Shown: positions 16,822-28,435, counted from the first letter of the stretch. The stretch: 64,000 bases of DNA from Verrucomicrobiia bacterium (GCA_036509895.1 DATCEV010000030.1:27220-91219), one strand, 5' to 3'. Program-made: numbers and translations. Notes: generated by a model from the sequence alone, not told the origin.

Positions 16822-19800
16822 ATGGAAAACTTGATGTTCCGGCTGCGAAATGAATGGAAGCGGCGGATCGTCCCGGCGGCTGCCGTCAATGAGCGGCCTT
16901 TGCGCGGCGAACTTTTAAGCAGCGACTTGCTCAAGCAGCACGCCAAAAATCTTGCGCGCGACCATAAAGTTTCCGACCGCACCGGTGCCAATTTCCTGCT
17001 CTCGCGGCTGGCGGACAATGAAAATATTTTGCGCGATTACAATGCGCAGACGTTGCGCGCGGAAAAAACGCGCCAGCTCACGCCCGCCGCCGAATGGCTC
17101 CTGGATAATTTCCATTTGATCGAGGAACAGATTCGCGCCGCGCGCCGCCATCTGCCGCGCCGGTTCAACCGGCAATTGCCGCATTTGACGAATGGCGCGC
17201 TCGCCGGTTTTCCGCGCGTTTATGAAATCGCGCTCGAACTTATTTCCCACAGCGACGGCCGCGTGGACGCGCCGCATTTGACCAATTTTGTCGCCGCTTA
17301 TCAGGAAATCGCCGATCTGAAACTCGGTGAACTTTGGGCCATTCCCATCATGCTGCGCCTCGCGCTCATCGAAAACTTGCGGCGCGTCGCGGTTTTGTCC
17401 GGCACCGAAAGATTGGAACGCAATCGCGCGGACGATTGGGCCGACCGCATTTCCGCCATCATGGAAAGCAATCCTTCGCGACTCATTGTCGTCATGGGAG
17501 AAATGGCGCAAAATTTGCCGGCCTTGAGCCGGCCCTTCGTCGCGGAATTTTGGCGGCGCATGCAGGAAAAATCTCCGCCGATAAAACTGGCCGTGAGCTG
17601 GATCGAAGAACGCGTCGCCGAAGAAGGTTTGACCGTCAGCCAATTGGTGCAAAGCGAAAGCCAGAACCAGGCGGCGACGCAAGTGTCCGTCGGCAATTGC
17701 ATCGGCAGCTTGCGTTTTCTCGACGCCATGGATTGGCAGGATTTCGTCGAGAACCAAAGCGTCGTGGAAAAAACCTTGCGCGGCGATCCGGCGGAAATTT
17801 ATCCGAAAATGGATTTTGCCACGCGCGATCTTTATCGCCACAGCGTCGAGCGCATCGCCCGCCACAGCAAAAAAACCGAACCGGAAGTCGCCGCCCTCGC
17901 AATCGAACTCGCGCAAAAAAATGCCGGCGACGCGCGCAAAGCGCACGTCGGTTTTTATTTGACGGGAAAAAATGTGGAAATTTTGGAGCGCGCCGTCGCC
18001 GTCAAACTTTCGCAATGGGATTTGCTTTTACGCGCCGCGCGCCGACGCCCACTTTTATTTTATTTGGGCGGCATTTTTGCGGCGACGCTTGCGTTCACGA
18101 TTCCTTTGATCTGTTTCGGCGCGGCGGCAGAAATGCCGTGGTGGACGCTGATTTTATTGGCAATGCTGGCGTTGCTGTGCGCGAGCCAGGCGGCGGTGGC
18201 CTTCATAAATTGGCTCGCCACAATTTTTGTGAAGCCATCGCCCTTGCCGCGCCTTGATTTTTCCAAGGGAATTTCTGCGGCGCAAACCACTCTGGTGGTC
18301 GTTCCCACTTTGCTCACCAACGCGCACGAAATCGAAAATCTTTTGGAAGCGCTGGAAATTCGTTACTTGGCCAATCGCGATGCCAATGTTTTTTTTGCGC
18401 TGCTCACGGATTTTTCCGACGCCGCGCAGGAACATTTGGCGAACGATGACGAATTAACGCGCCGCGCCGTCGAAGGCACCCAGCTTCTCAATGAAAAATA
18501 TAAAAGCGACCGGCCTTCGATTTTTTATTTGTTTCATCGCCCGCGCCGCTGGAACGCGCAGGAAAAAATCTGGATGGGTTACGAACGCAAGCGCGGCAAG
18601 CTCGCCGACTTGAATCGCGGTTTGCGCGGCGGCGATTGGCAATCTTTCTCGCAGATCGCCGGGGACATTTCGCGCCTGCCGCACATTCAATACGTCATCA
18701 CTTTAGACACGGACACGCAACTGCCGCGCGACACGGCCCGGCAATTGGCCGCAACAATGGCGCATCCGCTCAACCGTCCCCTTTACGATGAGCAACGCGG
18801 ATTGGTCGTCGAAGGTTACAGCATTTTGCAACCGCGCGTCGCCGTCAGTCTGCCCAGCGCGAGCCGTTCCCGCTTCGTAAAATTGTTTTCCGGCGATCCG
18901 GGAATTGATCCTTACACGCGCACCGTCTCGGACGTTTACCAGGATGTTTTTCAGGAAGGCTCGTTCATCGGCAAAGGAATTTACGACGTGGACGCCTTTG
19001 AAAAAGCAGTCGGCGGAAAATTTCCCGAAAATAAAATTCTGAGCCATGATTTGCTGGAAGGAAGTTATGCGCGCTCCGCCCTCGCCAGCGATGTTCAACT
19101 TTTTGAAGATTTTCCCGCGCGTTACAGCGCGGACGTTCGCCGGCGTCATCGCTGGATGCGCGGCGACTGGCAGATTTTGAGCTGGCTCTTGCCGCGTTTG
19201 GCGGTTGATGCCCGGCGCATTCCCAATCCGTTGACGCGCCTCTCGCGCTGGAAAATTTTCGACAACCTCCGGCGCAGCCTGGTTCCGTTGGGACTTTTGG
19301 CGGCGCTGATTTTGGGCTGGTCATTTTTTCCGCAAAATGCCGCCGTCTGGAGTTCGTTTGTGCTCGCCATCATCGGCCTGCCGTTTCTGCTGTCCGTCCT
19401 GATGGAATTTTTTTCCAGGCCGAAAGAACGGATTTTCATTCAACATTTCAACAATGTGGGCCGCACTTTTTTCCAGCAAAGCTGCCAGTTTTTTTTGACG
19501 GCCGCTTTTCTGCCGTATGACGCGGCCATCAGCCTCGACGCAATTTTGCGCACGCTCACCCGCCTGTTTTTCACCCGCCGCAATTTATTGCAATGGCAGA
19601 CTTCCGGCCAGGTCGAGCAGGAAAACGACGGTTCTCTGCGAAATTTTTTTGCGCAAATGTGGTGCGCGCCCGCGCTGGCTTTGGCCATGGCGCTCGCGCT
19701 CTTTTTTTTGAAGGGAGAAGGCTGGCCGGCGATTGCGCCACTCCTTTTTTTATGGTTCGTCTCGCCGGCGATTGCGTGGTGGATCAGCGCGCCGCTGAAA

Positions 19801-22800
19801 GAAGCACGCGCCGAACTCACCGCCGACTCGATCCGGCAGCTTCACAAACTGGCGCGCAAAACCTGGAATTTTTTTGAAACGTTTGTCGGGCCGGAAGATC
19901 ATTGGTTGCCGCCGGATAATTTTCAGGAATATCCGCATCCCGTTGTCGCCACGCGCACTTCACCCACCAACATCGGCTTCGCGCTGCTCGGCGGACTTTC
20001 CGCGTTTGATTTCGGTTATCTCACCTTGCGCGGTCTCGCCACCCGGACCTCCCGCGCTTTGGACACGCTGGGAATTCTGGAACGCTACGAAACTCATTTT
20101 TACAATTGGTATGACACGCGCACGCTCAAGCCGTTGCAACCGCTTTACGTTTCCACCGTGGATAACGGCAATCTCGCCGCGCTGCTTTTGACGCTGCAAT
20201 CGGGACTGCTCACCATCGGCGGACAAAACTGGGACGGCTTTCAAATTTTTTCGGGACTGCGCGACACATTCGCCGTTTTGAAAGAACAGATTCCTGTTGA
20301 TGAAACCAATTCAATTTTGGAACCCATTGAAAAAGAACTGGCGGAGATTCCGAACTCGTGGCCGGAAATTTTTCAAAAGCTCAATCGCTTGACGGACGCC
20401 GCGAAAAAATTGGCTCCGGCCAAAGAAATAAAAACCGGCGCGGATTTTGAATCGTGGCGTCGCCTTTTTGAACAAAGCTGTGGCGAACAACGCGCTGAAA
20501 TTGAACATTTTTTTCCGTGGGTCCATTTGCATGAGCCTTTGAAAACGCATTTGAACCACGAAGCCGCGCATGAATTAAAAAAATTCTGGGAAGAAATCAA
20601 CGCGCCGCAAAATTTGCGCCGCATGGCCGGGGAAATGGACGCGCGTCTGGCCGAGTTGGAGCGTTTGCTCGCGGCGGCAAATAAAATTTCTGAAGAGGGA
20701 GAACTGGCAAATCTCTTGACCGATTTGCGGACGCGCCTGGAATCCGCCGGTCAAAATGTCCAGAAATGCTTGACCGAATGCGAAGATTTGGCGCAACGTT
20801 GCGATGCGTTTGCGCGAATGGATTTTACCATCTTATACGAGCCGGCGCGCGAACTTTTCTCCGTCGGTTACAATGTCAACCAACATCGGCTCGACAGCAG
20901 TTGTTATGATTTGCTCGCCTCCGAAGCCCGGCTGGCGAGTTATGTCGCCATTGTTTTGGGACAAGTTCCGCAAAGCCATTGGTTCCGGCTCGGACGTTCG
21001 CTGACGACGACCATCGGCAAGCCAACGCTCATTTCGTGGAGCGGTTCGATGTTTGAATATCTCATGCCGCTGCTCGTCATGCCGACTTACGAAAATACGT
21101 TGCTCGACTTGTCCTGCAAATCCGCCATCGCGCGGCAAATCGCCTACGGAAAACAAATCCATTTGCCGTGGGGAATTTCCGAATCCGGTTACAACTTGCG
21201 CGACGCGAATGCAAATTACCAATATCGCGCGTTTGGCGTGCCGGGCCTGGGATTCAAACGCGGGCTGGCCGAGGAAAGGGTCATCGCGCCTTACGCCACC
21301 GTGATGGCGCTGATGGTTTCCCCGCAAGCGTCCTGGCAAAACTTAAAAGAATTGCGCCACGAAAACGGAGCGGGAAAATTCGGTTTTTATGAGGCGCTGG
21401 ATTACACCCCTGCGCGCGTTTCCAAAGGCCAGACGCACACGGTCGTCCAATCCTTCATGACGCATCATCAAGGCATGAGTTTGCTTTCGCTGGCGTATGC
21501 GCTTTTGGATCGTCCCATGCAACGGCGTTTCAATTCCAATCCGCTGCTCAAGTCCGGCGAACTGTTGCTTCACGAACGCGTGCCACGGGAAACTCCCGTG
21601 CTTTATCCGAATGAATTTGAAGCCGGCAATCTGCGCGAGCCGGCTGCCGCAGCGGAATCAAACCTGCGCATTTTCACGGACCCAAATGCCGGGCCGCCGG
21701 AAGTGCATCTGCTTTCCAATGGGCGTTATCACGTGATGATCACCAATTCGGGCGGCGGTTACAGCCGCTGGAATGAAACGGCCATGACGCGCTGGCGCGA
21801 AGACGCAACGCGCGATTGTTGGGGAACATTTTTTTACCTGCGCGATGTTGAAAGCGGAAAATTCTGGTCAACGGCCTGTCAACCGACGCTCCAAACCGCG
21901 CCGGGCTGCGAAGCCATTTTCAGCCAGGGCCGCGCGGAATTTCGCTCGCGTCTTTATGAGATTGACGCGCACACGGAAATCGCCGTCTCGCCGGAAAACG
22001 ACGTGGAAGTGCGCCGCGTCACGCTCACCAATCATTCCCACGAACCGCGCATCATTGAAATCACGAGTTACGCGGAAATTGTTTTGAACACGCAGGCAGC
22101 GGATTCGGCGCATCCGGCGTTCAGTAATTTATTTGTCCAGACCCAAATTCTGGCTTCGCAACGCGCGATTCTTTGCACGCGGCGTCCGCGCGCCTCGCAC
22201 GAAGAATTGCCTGCGATGTTTCATCTGCTGCTGACCAATGGCAAAGAAATGGGAACGGCTTCCTTTGAAACGGATCGGGCAAAATTTCTTGGGCGCGGCG
22301 GAAACACTTTTTCGCCAGCGGCATTGAACGGAATTTCAGAATTGTCAAATAGCGAAGGTTCCGTGCTCGATCCCATTGCCGCGATCCGCCGCACGGTTCG
22401 CCTCGCGCCCAAAGAAAGCGCGACGTTCACGCTCGTTTCCGGCATTGCCAAAACTCGCCCCGAAATCACCAGCTTGATTGAAAAATATCAGGATCAAGCC
22501 ATCGCCGACCGCTGTTTTGAACTGGCGTGGACGCATGGCTTGATTGTGCTGCGCCATTTGAATGCGAGCGAAGCCGACGCGCAACTTTATGGACGGCTCG
22601 CGGGCGCGCTGCTTTACAGCCAGTCCGCGCGCCGCGCCGCGCCCGCTGTCATTCTCCGGAATCAGCGCGGCCAACGCAATTTATGGAGCTTCGGAATTTC
22701 CGGCGATCTTCCCATCGTCGTCGTTTATAGCACCGGCGCGGAACGGATTGAGTTGGTCCGGCAAATGATTCAGGCCCATGCCTATTGGCGTCTCAAAGGT

Positions 22801-25527
22801 TTGCTCGTTGACCTCGTGATTTTGAACGAAGATGCTTCGGTTTATCGCCAATCGCTCAACGACCAAATTTTGAACATGATCGGTTCGGGCAATGCCGCGC
22901 AAATTCTTGACAAGTCCGGCGGAATTTTCATGCGCCGCGCCGATCAGCTTTCTTCCGAAGACCGCATTTTGCTCGAAGCTTCCGCGCGCCTCGTTTTGCG
23001 CGATGAAAAAGGAAATCTCGCCGACCAATTGCAAGTCCGTCGCGCGCGAACCGAGCCGGTGCCGCCGCCGCTTCGCGCCCGTCCGCGTCCGTCCGTTGTC
23101 ACTCTTTCGGAATTGCCCAAACGCGAAATGGTTTTTTTCAACGGCCTCGGCGGTTTTACGCGCGATGGCCGCGAATATGTCATCACGTTGCAACCAGGCC
23201 GGGCGACGCCCGCGCCCTGGATCAATGTTTTAGGCAATCCAAATTTCGGCACCATTATTTCCGAAAGCGGCGGCTCGTATAGTTGGAGCGAGAACTGCCA
23301 TGAGTTTCGTTTGACGCCCTGGAACAACGATGCCGTCACGGATGCCAGCGGCGAAGCTTTTTACATTCGCGACGAACAAACCGGCAAATTCTGGTCGCCC
23401 ACGCCCCTGCCCGCGCGCGGCCAAACGCCTTACGTCGCGCGCCACGGTTTTGGTTACAGCGTTTTTGAACATTTGGAAGATGAAATTTTTTCCGAGCTTT
23501 GGGTTTATGTGGCCGTGGAAGAACCAGTGAAATTCACGCTCCTAAAAATTCGGAACGATTCCAATCGCCGCCGCCAATTGTCCGTCACCGCCTATTGGGA
23601 ATGGGTGCTCGGCGAATTGCGCCAAAAAAATGCGATGCACATCGTCACGGAAATTGATCCCTTGACCGGCGCCTTGCTCGCGCGAAATTCCTACAACATT
23701 GATTTTGAAGGGCGCGTCGCCTTCGTCGCCGGGAGCGAACTGGCGCGCTCCTTCACCGCCGACCGAACCGATTTTTTGGGACGCAACGGCACGCTCGCCC
23801 AACCCGCCGCGCTGGGGCGCATCCGGCTTTCCGGCAAAATCGGCAGCGGCCTTGATCCTTGCGCCGCGTTGCAAACGATTTTGGAATTGGAACCGGGCGA
23901 AGAACGCGAAATCACTTTTATTCTTGGCGCCGGGCGCAATCTGGACGACGCGCGAAATTTAATTCAAAAATTTCGCGAAGTCGAATCCTGCCGCGCCGCG
24001 CGACAAAATGTCTGGGATTCCTGGAACAAAACTTTGGGGGCCGTTTATGTGGAAACGCCCGAACCGGCGCTGAACATTTTGGCAAACGGCTGGCTGCTTT
24101 ATCAAACCATTTCCTGCCGCCTTTGGGCGCGCACCGGCTTTTATCAATCCGGCGGCGCCTTCGGTTTTCGCGATCAACTTCAGGACGCCCTCGCGCTCGT
24201 TCATGCGCGCCCGGAATTGTTGCGCGAACAATTATTGCGCGCCGCCGCCCATCAATTTCGCGAAGGCGATGTGCAACATTGGTGGCATCCGCCCATCAAT
24301 CGCGGCGTGCGCACGCATTTTTCCGATGATTACTTATGGCTCCCTTTTGCGACGTGCCATTACGTTCAAACCATCGGCGACACCGGCGTGCTAGATGAAA
24401 ACATTTCTTTTTTGGAAGGCCGTCCCGTCAAACCGGAAGAAGAAGCCTACTACGACTTGGCCCAACGTTCGGCTGAATCCGCCACGCTTTACGAACATTG
24501 CGTGCGCGCCATAAAAAACGGCCTGAAATTTGGCGAACATGGCCTGCCCTTGATGGGTTGCGGCGATTGGAACGATGGAATGAACCTCGTCGGCGAACAC
24601 GGAAAAGGTGAAAGCGTCTGGCTCGCCTTTTTTCTTTACGACGTGCTCAAAAAGTTTTCCAGCTTGGCGGAAAGGCGCGGCGATAAATCTTTTGCGCAAT
24701 CATGCCAGGAGCAGGCCAAGTTATTGCAAGAAAACATCGAAAAAAATGCGTGGGACGGCCAATGGTATCGCCGCGCTTATTTTGACAATGGCGATCCGCT
24801 CGGCTCCGCCCTCAATCCTGAATGCCAGATTGATTCGTTACCACAAAGCTGGGCGGTCATTTCAGGCGCGGGAGATGCGGCGCGGTCGCGAACCGCCTTG
24901 GAAAATGTCGCGCAGCGGTTGGTCCGTCGCGACGCGCATTTGATTCAACTATTCGATCCACCGTTCGATAAGTCTGCGCTTGAACCAGGCTACATCAAAG
25001 GCTATGTGCCTGGCATCCGTGAAAACGGCGGCCAATATACTCACGCCGCCATTTGGGTAATCATCGCCTTCGCTTTGGCGGGCGAAACTGAACGCGCCTG
25101 GGAATTATTCCGGCTCATCAACCCGATTCTTCATGCCACTACTTTCAAAGAAATTCTTCGCTACAAAACTGAACCCTACATCATCGCCGCAGATGTTTAT
25201 AGCGTTTCTCCACATGCCGGTCGTGGTGGTTGGACCTGGTATACCGGCTCTGCCGGCTGGATGTATCGTCTCATCACCGAAACTTTTCTGGGATTGAATC
25301 TGGAAGGAGCTAAATTACAGCTCACGCCACGGCCGCCCGCCGGCTGGAAATCGTTCAAGGTGCATTACCGCTATCGGGAAACCTTTTATCATATAACATT
25401 ACTAACTACTTCCGGCAATTGGACTAGCCTGACAAAAATCATAATTGACGGAAATGAACATCCTGAAATGATCCTTAACTTAATAGATGACCGCCGTGAT
25501 CATTTCGCCGAAGCTCACTTTGCCTAG
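16822..25527 (+). CDS. cgs: cyclic beta-1,2-glucan synthase (Cgs/NdvB/ChvB-type: N-terminal TM + GT84 domain, central cyclase region, C-terminal GH94 phosphorylase-like domain)
   Basis: 2901 aa, the size class of NdvB/Cgs. GT motifs [12 protein letters not shown] and [12 protein letters not shown]-terminal GH94-like [41 protein letters not shown]. Confidence 0.85.
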   Translation: MENLMFRLRNEWKRRIVPAAAVNERPLRGELLSSDLLKQHAKNLARDHKVSDRTGANFLLSRLADNENILRDYNAQTLRAEKTRQLTPAAEWLLDNFHLIEEQIRAARRHLPRRFNRQLPHLTNGALAGFPRVYEIALELISHSDGRVDAPHLTNFVAAYQEIADLKLGELWAIPIMLRLALIENLRRVAVLSGTERLERNRADDWADRISAIMESNPSRLIVVMGEMAQNLPALSRPFVAEFWRRMQEKSPPIKLAVSWIEERVAEEGLTVSQLVQSESQNQAATQVSVGNCIGSLRFLDAMDWQDFVENQSVVEKTLRGDPAEIYPKMDFATRDLYRHSVERIARHSKKTEPEVAALAIELAQKNAGDARKAHVGFYLTGKNVEILERAVAVKLSQWDLLLRAARRRPLLFYLGGIFAATLAFTIPLICFGAAAEMPWWTLILLAMLALLCASQAAVAFINWLATIFVKPSPLPRLDFSKGISAAQTTLVVVPTLLTNAHEIENLLEALEIRYLANRDANVFFALLTDFSDAAQEHLANDDELTRRAVEGTQLLNEKYKSDRPSIFYLFHRPRRWNAQEKIWMGYERKRGKLADLNRGLRGGDWQSFSQIAGDISRLPHIQYVITLDTDTQLPRDTARQLAATMAHPLNRPLYDEQRGLVVEGYSILQPRVAVSLPSASRSRFVKLFSGDPGIDPYTRTVSDVYQDVFQEGSFIGKGIYDVDAFEKAVGGKFPENKILSHDLLEGSYARSALASDVQLFEDFPARYSADVRRRHRWMRGDWQILSWLLPRLAVDARRIPNPLTRLSRWKIFDNLRRSLVPLGLLAALILGWSFFPQNAAVWSSFVLAIIGLPFLLSVLMEFFSRPKERIFIQHFNNVGRTFFQQSCQFFLTAAFLPYDAAISLDAILRTLTRLFFTRRNLLQWQTSGQVEQENDGSLRNFFAQMWCAPALALAMALALFFLKGEGWPAIAPLLFLWFVSPAIAWWISAPLKEARAELTADSIRQLHKLARKTWNFFETFVGPEDHWLPPDNFQEYPHPVVATRTSPTNIGFALLGGLSAFDFGYLTLRGLATRTSRALDTLGILERYETHFYNWYDTRTLKPLQPLYVSTVDNGNLAALLLTLQSGLLTIGGQNWDGFQIFSGLRDTFAVLKEQIPVDETNSILEPIEKELAEIPNSWPEIFQKLNRLTDAAKKLAPAKEIKTGADFESWRRLFEQSCGEQRAEIEHFFPWVHLHEPLKTHLNHEAAHELKKFWEEINAPQNLRRMAGEMDARLAELERLLAAANKISEEGELANLLTDLRTRLESAGQNVQKCLTECEDLAQRCDAFARMDFTILYEPARELFSVGYNVNQHRLDSSCYDLLASEARLASYVAIVLGQVPQSHWFRLGRSLTTTIGKPTLISWSGSMFEYLMPLLVMPTYENTLLDLSCKSAIARQIAYGKQIHLPWGISESGYNLRDANANYQYRAFGVPGLGFKRGLAEERVIAPYATVMALMVSPQASWQNLKELRHENGAGKFGFYEALDYTPARVSKGQTHTVVQSFMTHHQGMSLLSLAYALLDRPMQRRFNSNPLLKSGELLLHERVPRETPVLYPNEFEAGNLREPAAAAESNLRIFTDPNAGPPEVHLLSNGRYHVMITNSGGGYSRWNETAMTRWREDATRDCWGTFFYLRDVESGKFWSTACQPTLQTAPGCEAIFSQGRAEFRSRLYEIDAHTEIAVSPENDVEVRRVTLTNHSHEPRIIEITSYAEIVLNTQAADSAHPAFSNLFVQTQILASQRAILCTRRPRASHEELPAMFHLLLTNGKEMGTASFETDRAKFLGRGGNTFSPAALNGISELSNSEGSVLDPIAAIRRTVRLAPKESATFTLVSGIAKTRPEITSLIEKYQDQAIADRCFELAWTHGLIVLRHLNASEADAQLYGRLAGALLYSQSARRAAPAVILRNQRGQRNLWSFGISGDLPIVVVYSTGAERIELVRQMIQAHAYWRLKGLLVDLVILNEDASVYRQSLNDQILNMIGSGNAAQILDKSGGIFMRRADQLSSEDRILLEASARLVLRDEKGNLADQLQVRRARTEPVPPPLRARPRPSVVTLSELPKREMVFFNGLGGFTRDGREYVITLQPGRATPAPWINVLGNPNFGTIISESGGSYSWSENCHEFRLTPWNNDAVTDASGEAFYIRDEQTGKFWSPTPLPARGQTPYVARHGFGYSVFEHLEDEIFSELWVYVAVEEPVKFTLLKIRNDSNRRRQLSVTAYWEWVLGELRQKNAMHIVTEIDPLTGALLARNSYNIDFEGRVAFVAGSELARSFTADRTDFLGRNGTLAQPAALGRIRLSGKIGSGLDPCAALQTILELEPGEEREITFILGAGRNLDDARNLIQKFREVESCRAARQNVWDSWNKTLGAVYVETPEPALNILANGWLLYQTISCRLWARTGFYQSGGAFGFRDQLQDALALVHARPELLREQLLRAAAHQFREGDVQHWWHPPINRGVRTHFSDDYLWLPFATCHYVQTIGDTGVLDENISFLEGRPVKPEEEAYYDLAQRSAESATLYEHCVRAIKNGLKFGEHGLPLMGCGDWNDGMNLVGEHGKGESVWLAFFLYDVLKKFSSLAERRGDKSFAQSCQEQAKLLQENIEKNAWDGQWYRRAYFDNGDPLGSALNPECQIDSLPQSWAVISGAGDAARSRTALENVAQRLVRRDAHLIQLFDPPFDKSALEPGYIKGYVPGIRENGGQYTHAAIWVIIAFALAGETERAWELFRLINPILHATTFKEILRYKTEPYIIAADVYSVSPHAGRGGWTWYTGSAGWMYRLITETFLGLNLEGAKLQLTPRPPAGWKSFKVHYRYRETFYHITLLTTSGNWTSLTKIIIDGNEHPEMILNLIDDRRDHFAEAHFA

Positions 25528-25538
25528 AAGATAAAAAA

Positions 25539-25562
25539 GGAGACGCGATTTCTCGCGTCTCC
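25539..25562. terminator. perfect 10-bp GC-rich hairpin between convergent genes
   Basis: aaaaaaGGAGACGCGAtttcTCGCGTCTCC. On the minus strand the A-run gives a U-tract, so this is an intrinsic terminator for the BON gene and a likely hairpin stop for cgs. Confidence 0.75.
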
Positions 25563-25593
25563 CGAGATTAAACAGATAAAGTAATAATTCAAC

Positions 25594-25935
25594 TTATTGT
25601 TGCTGAGACTTCACCGTTATATTGTTCTGCACGTCCTTTACACCTTGAACCTGCTTCGCAATTTGACCTGCTTTATCCTTTTGGTCCGAGTTATCTACAA
25701 AGCCGCTAAGTTGAACCGTGCCGCGAAACGCTGTCACATTGACGTCACTGAATTTATATTCAGCATTATCATTCAAGGCATCATTGACCCGCGAAGTTAT
25801 TGATTTGTCATCAATATATTGCCCTGTGCTGCGATCATAGCGACTTCCGGCACAGCCGGTAAAAGTTGTCACGACCGTTGCTGTTGATAGTCCCAGGCAC
25901 AACGCCAGAAACAGTCCGCCTTTTTTTATGTTCAT
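25594..25935 (-). CDS. BON domain lipoprotein (OsmY-like)
   Basis: Lipobox ...TTFTGC; FRGTVQLSGFVDNSDQKDKAGQIAKQVQGVKDVQNNITV is a BON domain. Confidence 0.75.
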   Translation of the reverse strand: MNIKKGGLFLALCLGLSTATVVTTFTGCAGSRYDRSTGQYIDDKSITSRVNDALNDNAEYKFSDVNVTAFRGTVQLSGFVDNSDQKDKAGQIAKQVQGVKDVQNNITVKSQQQ

Positions 25936-26012
25936 AATTTTCCTATTTTGTTTATTGTTATTGTTGGTTTCACTAAAAAATTCCGCTGCCTTGCACGATT
26001 AACTCCATTAAC

Positions 26013-26237
26013 TCAACGTTTTGCCGGTCGGAACGTCATTACCGCGCCTACTATTGCCGCCGCAACACCACCCAGTAACAACCACAATGCTTTATTGGTC
26101 GGTGCTCCAGTGAAGATGCGGGACACATCCGAGCCGGCTGAATTGGAGGCGTTGATGCCATAAACGATCAATGCGATGCCGACAATTAATAATGCAATCC
26201 CTATTCCCTTATTCATATTGCCTTTCATGCCGAGCAA
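26013..26237 (-). CDS. DUF3185-like small membrane protein
   Basis: 74 aa, two TM helices flanking a short polar loop. Family call is from memory. Confidence 0.55.
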   Translation of the reverse strand: MLGMKGNMNKGIGIALLIVGIALIVYGINASNSAGSDVSRIFTGAPTNKALWLLLGGVAAAIVGAVMTFRPAKR

Positions 26238-26268
26238 TGCGCTCGACTTACTTTATTATTGGTTAAGT

Positions 26269-26763
26269 TCAAACTACGTTAATTACTGCGTTCGCCGTGC
26301 CGAAAGGATTGGGCGCGTGTTGCGGTGAATGAGGATCATCGCACCATCTCCCATCCACAATGAACCGATAAGTATATGTGCCGCAGGATAGCGGAACGAT
26401 GGTGAACCATACGCCGTCCTCGGACTTGATCATATCCAGTGGAAATTTGTCCCAATTAGTGAAATCGGCGGCAAGCTTCACTGATTCAGCCGTTGGCGCA
26501 GCCAGATGAAATTCTTTTAGCTTAAGTTCAGTGGCAGGATTGGCACGAACTTGGTTGCCTACCGATTTACTTTGCTTAATTGATTTAGAAGTTTGGTTAT
26601 CCCTATTTGTGCTGGCTCGCGAAAAATTTGGCGGAGAAGTATTCATAACGGATTTAATAGGAACATGAATCAGCAAACTGGAGACAAATCGAACCGCCAA
26701 TTTTGTTTTCGACGTTTTGACCTCATTCATTTCAAGCCAAACAGAGGAACAGCTAAAGTTCAT
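26269..26763 (-). CDS. stand-alone CBM48 / AMPK-beta glycogen-binding-domain protein (start uncertain)
   Basis: C-terminal FHLAAPTAESVKLAADFTNWDKFPLDMIKSEDGVWFTIVPLSCGTYTYRFIVDGRWCDDP is the CBM48 / isoamylase-N fold signature. Alternative starts at 26730 and 26646. Confidence 0.65.
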   Translation of the reverse strand: MNFSCSSVWLEMNEVKTSKTKLAVRFVSSLLIHVPIKSVMNTSPPNFSRASTNRDNQTSKSIKQSKSVGNQVRANPATELKLKEFHLAAPTAESVKLAADFTNWDKFPLDMIKSEDGVWFTIVPLSCGTYTYRFIVDGRWCDDPHSPQHAPNPFGTANAVINVV

Positions 26764-26989
26764 TTTGCCTTCCAGTTGGTGGTTGTTGACATGATTTTAA
26801 GTTCAAAGATTGAACAATTGCACGACGAATCCAATTTTTCTGTTCTTGTTTTCGCTTTTGGATGCGACCAAGAAGTTCGTCTTCTTTGCCTTTCACAAAT
26901 TGAAAATGATCATCGGTAAGCTGCGCAAATTTTTGCTTGAATTTGCCTTTGGCGATATTCCAATTTCCTTTTAATGCGAGAGTGTGCAT
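26753..26989 (-). CDS. CsbD family general stress protein
   Basis: LKGNWNIAKGKFKQKFAQLTDDHFQFVKGKEDELLGRIQKR. Confidence 0.8.
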   Translation of the reverse strand: MHTLALKGNWNIAKGKFKQKFAQLTDDHFQFVKGKEDELLGRIQKRKQEQKNWIRRAIVQSLNLKSCQQPPTGRQNEL

Positions 26990-27208
26990 AAAATTTTCAG
27001 TTAAGTCTTAATCCACTGGCGGCTCTCACCGCTCTTTTTCATTTGCAAGTCGCGTGCCGGGGTTTTGGAAATAAAAAATACGTGTGAAATCAAAGATTTC
27101 AGGGATTAAAAAAATTCACCGAATCAAAATTCTATGCAGGCTGCAAGTTTGTTAAAAATTACTTGCGGTCTGCAATTGGTTCCAATAACTGCACTTCTTA
27201 CTTGGCTT

Positions 27209-27350
27209 TGTAGAAAACTTATTATTAACACCTTGCTTTAGCGAGGTGTTAAACGCGCACGGGGGAGAAAAACCGTTGAAACGGTTTTTGTTTTCACCTC
27301 CGGCATTCACCGCGTTAAAACGCGGTGTTAATGAGAAAGATATTTCTACA
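27209..27350 (+). repeat. 142-bp three-hairpin element with terminal inverted repeats, copy B
   Basis: tgtagaaaac...tatttctaca. Hairpins at 27225-27252, 27268-27289 and 27308-27327. Track ORF 27152..27379(-) is a translation artefact of this element. Confidence 0.85.
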
Positions 27351-27557
27351 GAGCATTGGCAGTTCTTTGCAAATTGCAATTTAACCTGCGATTGCCTTGC
27401 AAATTGCTGATTGATATTTTTCCTATTTTGGAATTAAGACCCGATAATTTAAGGAAATGCTGAATAGTAGATTCGGCACAGTGGCAGCTTTAGAAAGAAA
27501 AGAGTTCAGCGTTCTTATAAATTTAAAAAGCAGTGAAAAAATGGAAATCGAATATGT

Positions 27558-27704
27558 ATGCTCTACACACTTGCTTTAATTTTAATTGTCGCCTGGTTGT
27601 TAGGTCTTTTGTCGTCCTACACCCTGGGCGGTTACATATACATATTATTGGTCGTGGCGATAATTTTAATTATTGTCCGCCTGATGCAAGGCAATAAAGT
27701 TTGA
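27558..27704 (+). CDS. lmo0937-like 48-aa membrane peptide
   Basis: Below the ORF-track size cutoff. My translation is MLYTLALILIVAWLLGLLSSYTLGGYIYILLVVAIILIIVRLMQGNKV, which resembles the small two-TM lmo0937/DUF5670-type peptides. Confidence 0.55.
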   Translation: MLYTLALILIVAWLLGLLSSYTLGGYIYILLVVAIILIIVRLMQGNKV

Positions 27705-27730
27705 ATACTTAACCAAAAACAAAAATTATT

Positions 27731-28030
27731 ATGAAACATACCACTCACAAAACCCATCAATCCGAACCTACGGTGCATCTGCTTGAAGATGCGAAGGAAT
27801 TATTGGCGGCCACCGCCGATGTCGCCGAAGAAAAAGTTGTCGAAGCGCGCAGACGCCTTGCTTCGGCCATTGAAAGAGGCAAGGAAACCTGGAATGCGAT
27901 CCAGGAAAAAACTGTCGCCGGCGCCAAGGCCACGGACGAAGTTATTCGCGCCAATCCTTATAGGTCCATCGGCATTGCCGTCGGCGTGGGCGCTTTGGTG
28001 GGTTATTTGTTAGGTCGTCGCCACAACTAA
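27731..28030 (+). CDS. DUF883 (YqjD/ElaB-type) membrane-anchored stress protein
   Basis: Helical N-terminus plus C-terminal anchor NPYRSIGIAVGVGALVGYLLGRR. Confidence 0.8.
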   Translation: MKHTTHKTHQSEPTVHLLEDAKELLAATADVAEEKVVEARRRLASAIERGKETWNAIQEKTVAGAKATDEVIRANPYRSIGIAVGVGALVGYLLGRRHN

Positions 28031-28039
28031 AAGTGCGCA

Positions 28040-28435
28040 ATGGAAACATCGTCGCCAGTTGAAGACGGCGCCAACTTGACGGATTCATCCAAACGTCTCG
28101 CGCGCCGGCTTTTGGTCATTTGCGAGAATCGCGTGCAACTGCTGCTCATTGAAGCACAGGAAGAACGTGAGCGGATTTTGCGCGCCATTTGGATGGCAAT
28201 CGTTGCGGCGGCCTTGGCCATGCTGGCTGGCATCACCGTCACGATCATTGTGGCGGTGGTTTTTTGGGGAAATCATCCGGTGGTGGCGCTCGGGATTTTG
28301 GCCGTGATTTATATTATTGCCGCCTTGGTGTTCTACATAAAATTGGACCAGTTGCAACGCGACTGGCAGACGCTGCCGGACACAATCGCACAATTGAGAA
28401 AGGATCACGAATGCCTGGAAAAACAACTCGGCTGA
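28040..28435 (+). CDS. YqjE-like / holin-X family membrane protein
   Basis: LLIEAQEERERILRAIWMAIVAAALAMLAGITV..., two TM helices, immediately downstream of the DUF883 gene as in yqjD-yqjE-yqjK. Confidence 0.65.
   Translation: METSSPVEDGANLTDSSKRLARRLLVICENRVQLLLIEAQEERERILRAIWMAIVAAALAMLAGITVTIIVAVVFWGNHPVVALGILAVIYIIAALVFYIKLDQLQRDWQTLPDTIAQLRKDHECLEKQLG

Noticed and set aside
27357-27371. TGGCAGttcttTGCA upstream of the stress operon, and TGGCAGacaaattTGCA at 41934..41950
   Set aside because: The GG-to-GC spacing is 9 and 11 nt instead of the required 10, so they are not canonical sigma-54 promoters.
27152-27379. 75-aa ORF (…LTPRFNAVN…NRFNGF…LKQGVNN…)
   Set aside because: Entirely encoded by the three-hairpin repeat element. 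The second copy at 7650-7790 gives similar pseudo-peptides (track ORFs 7393..7686 and 7398..7676).
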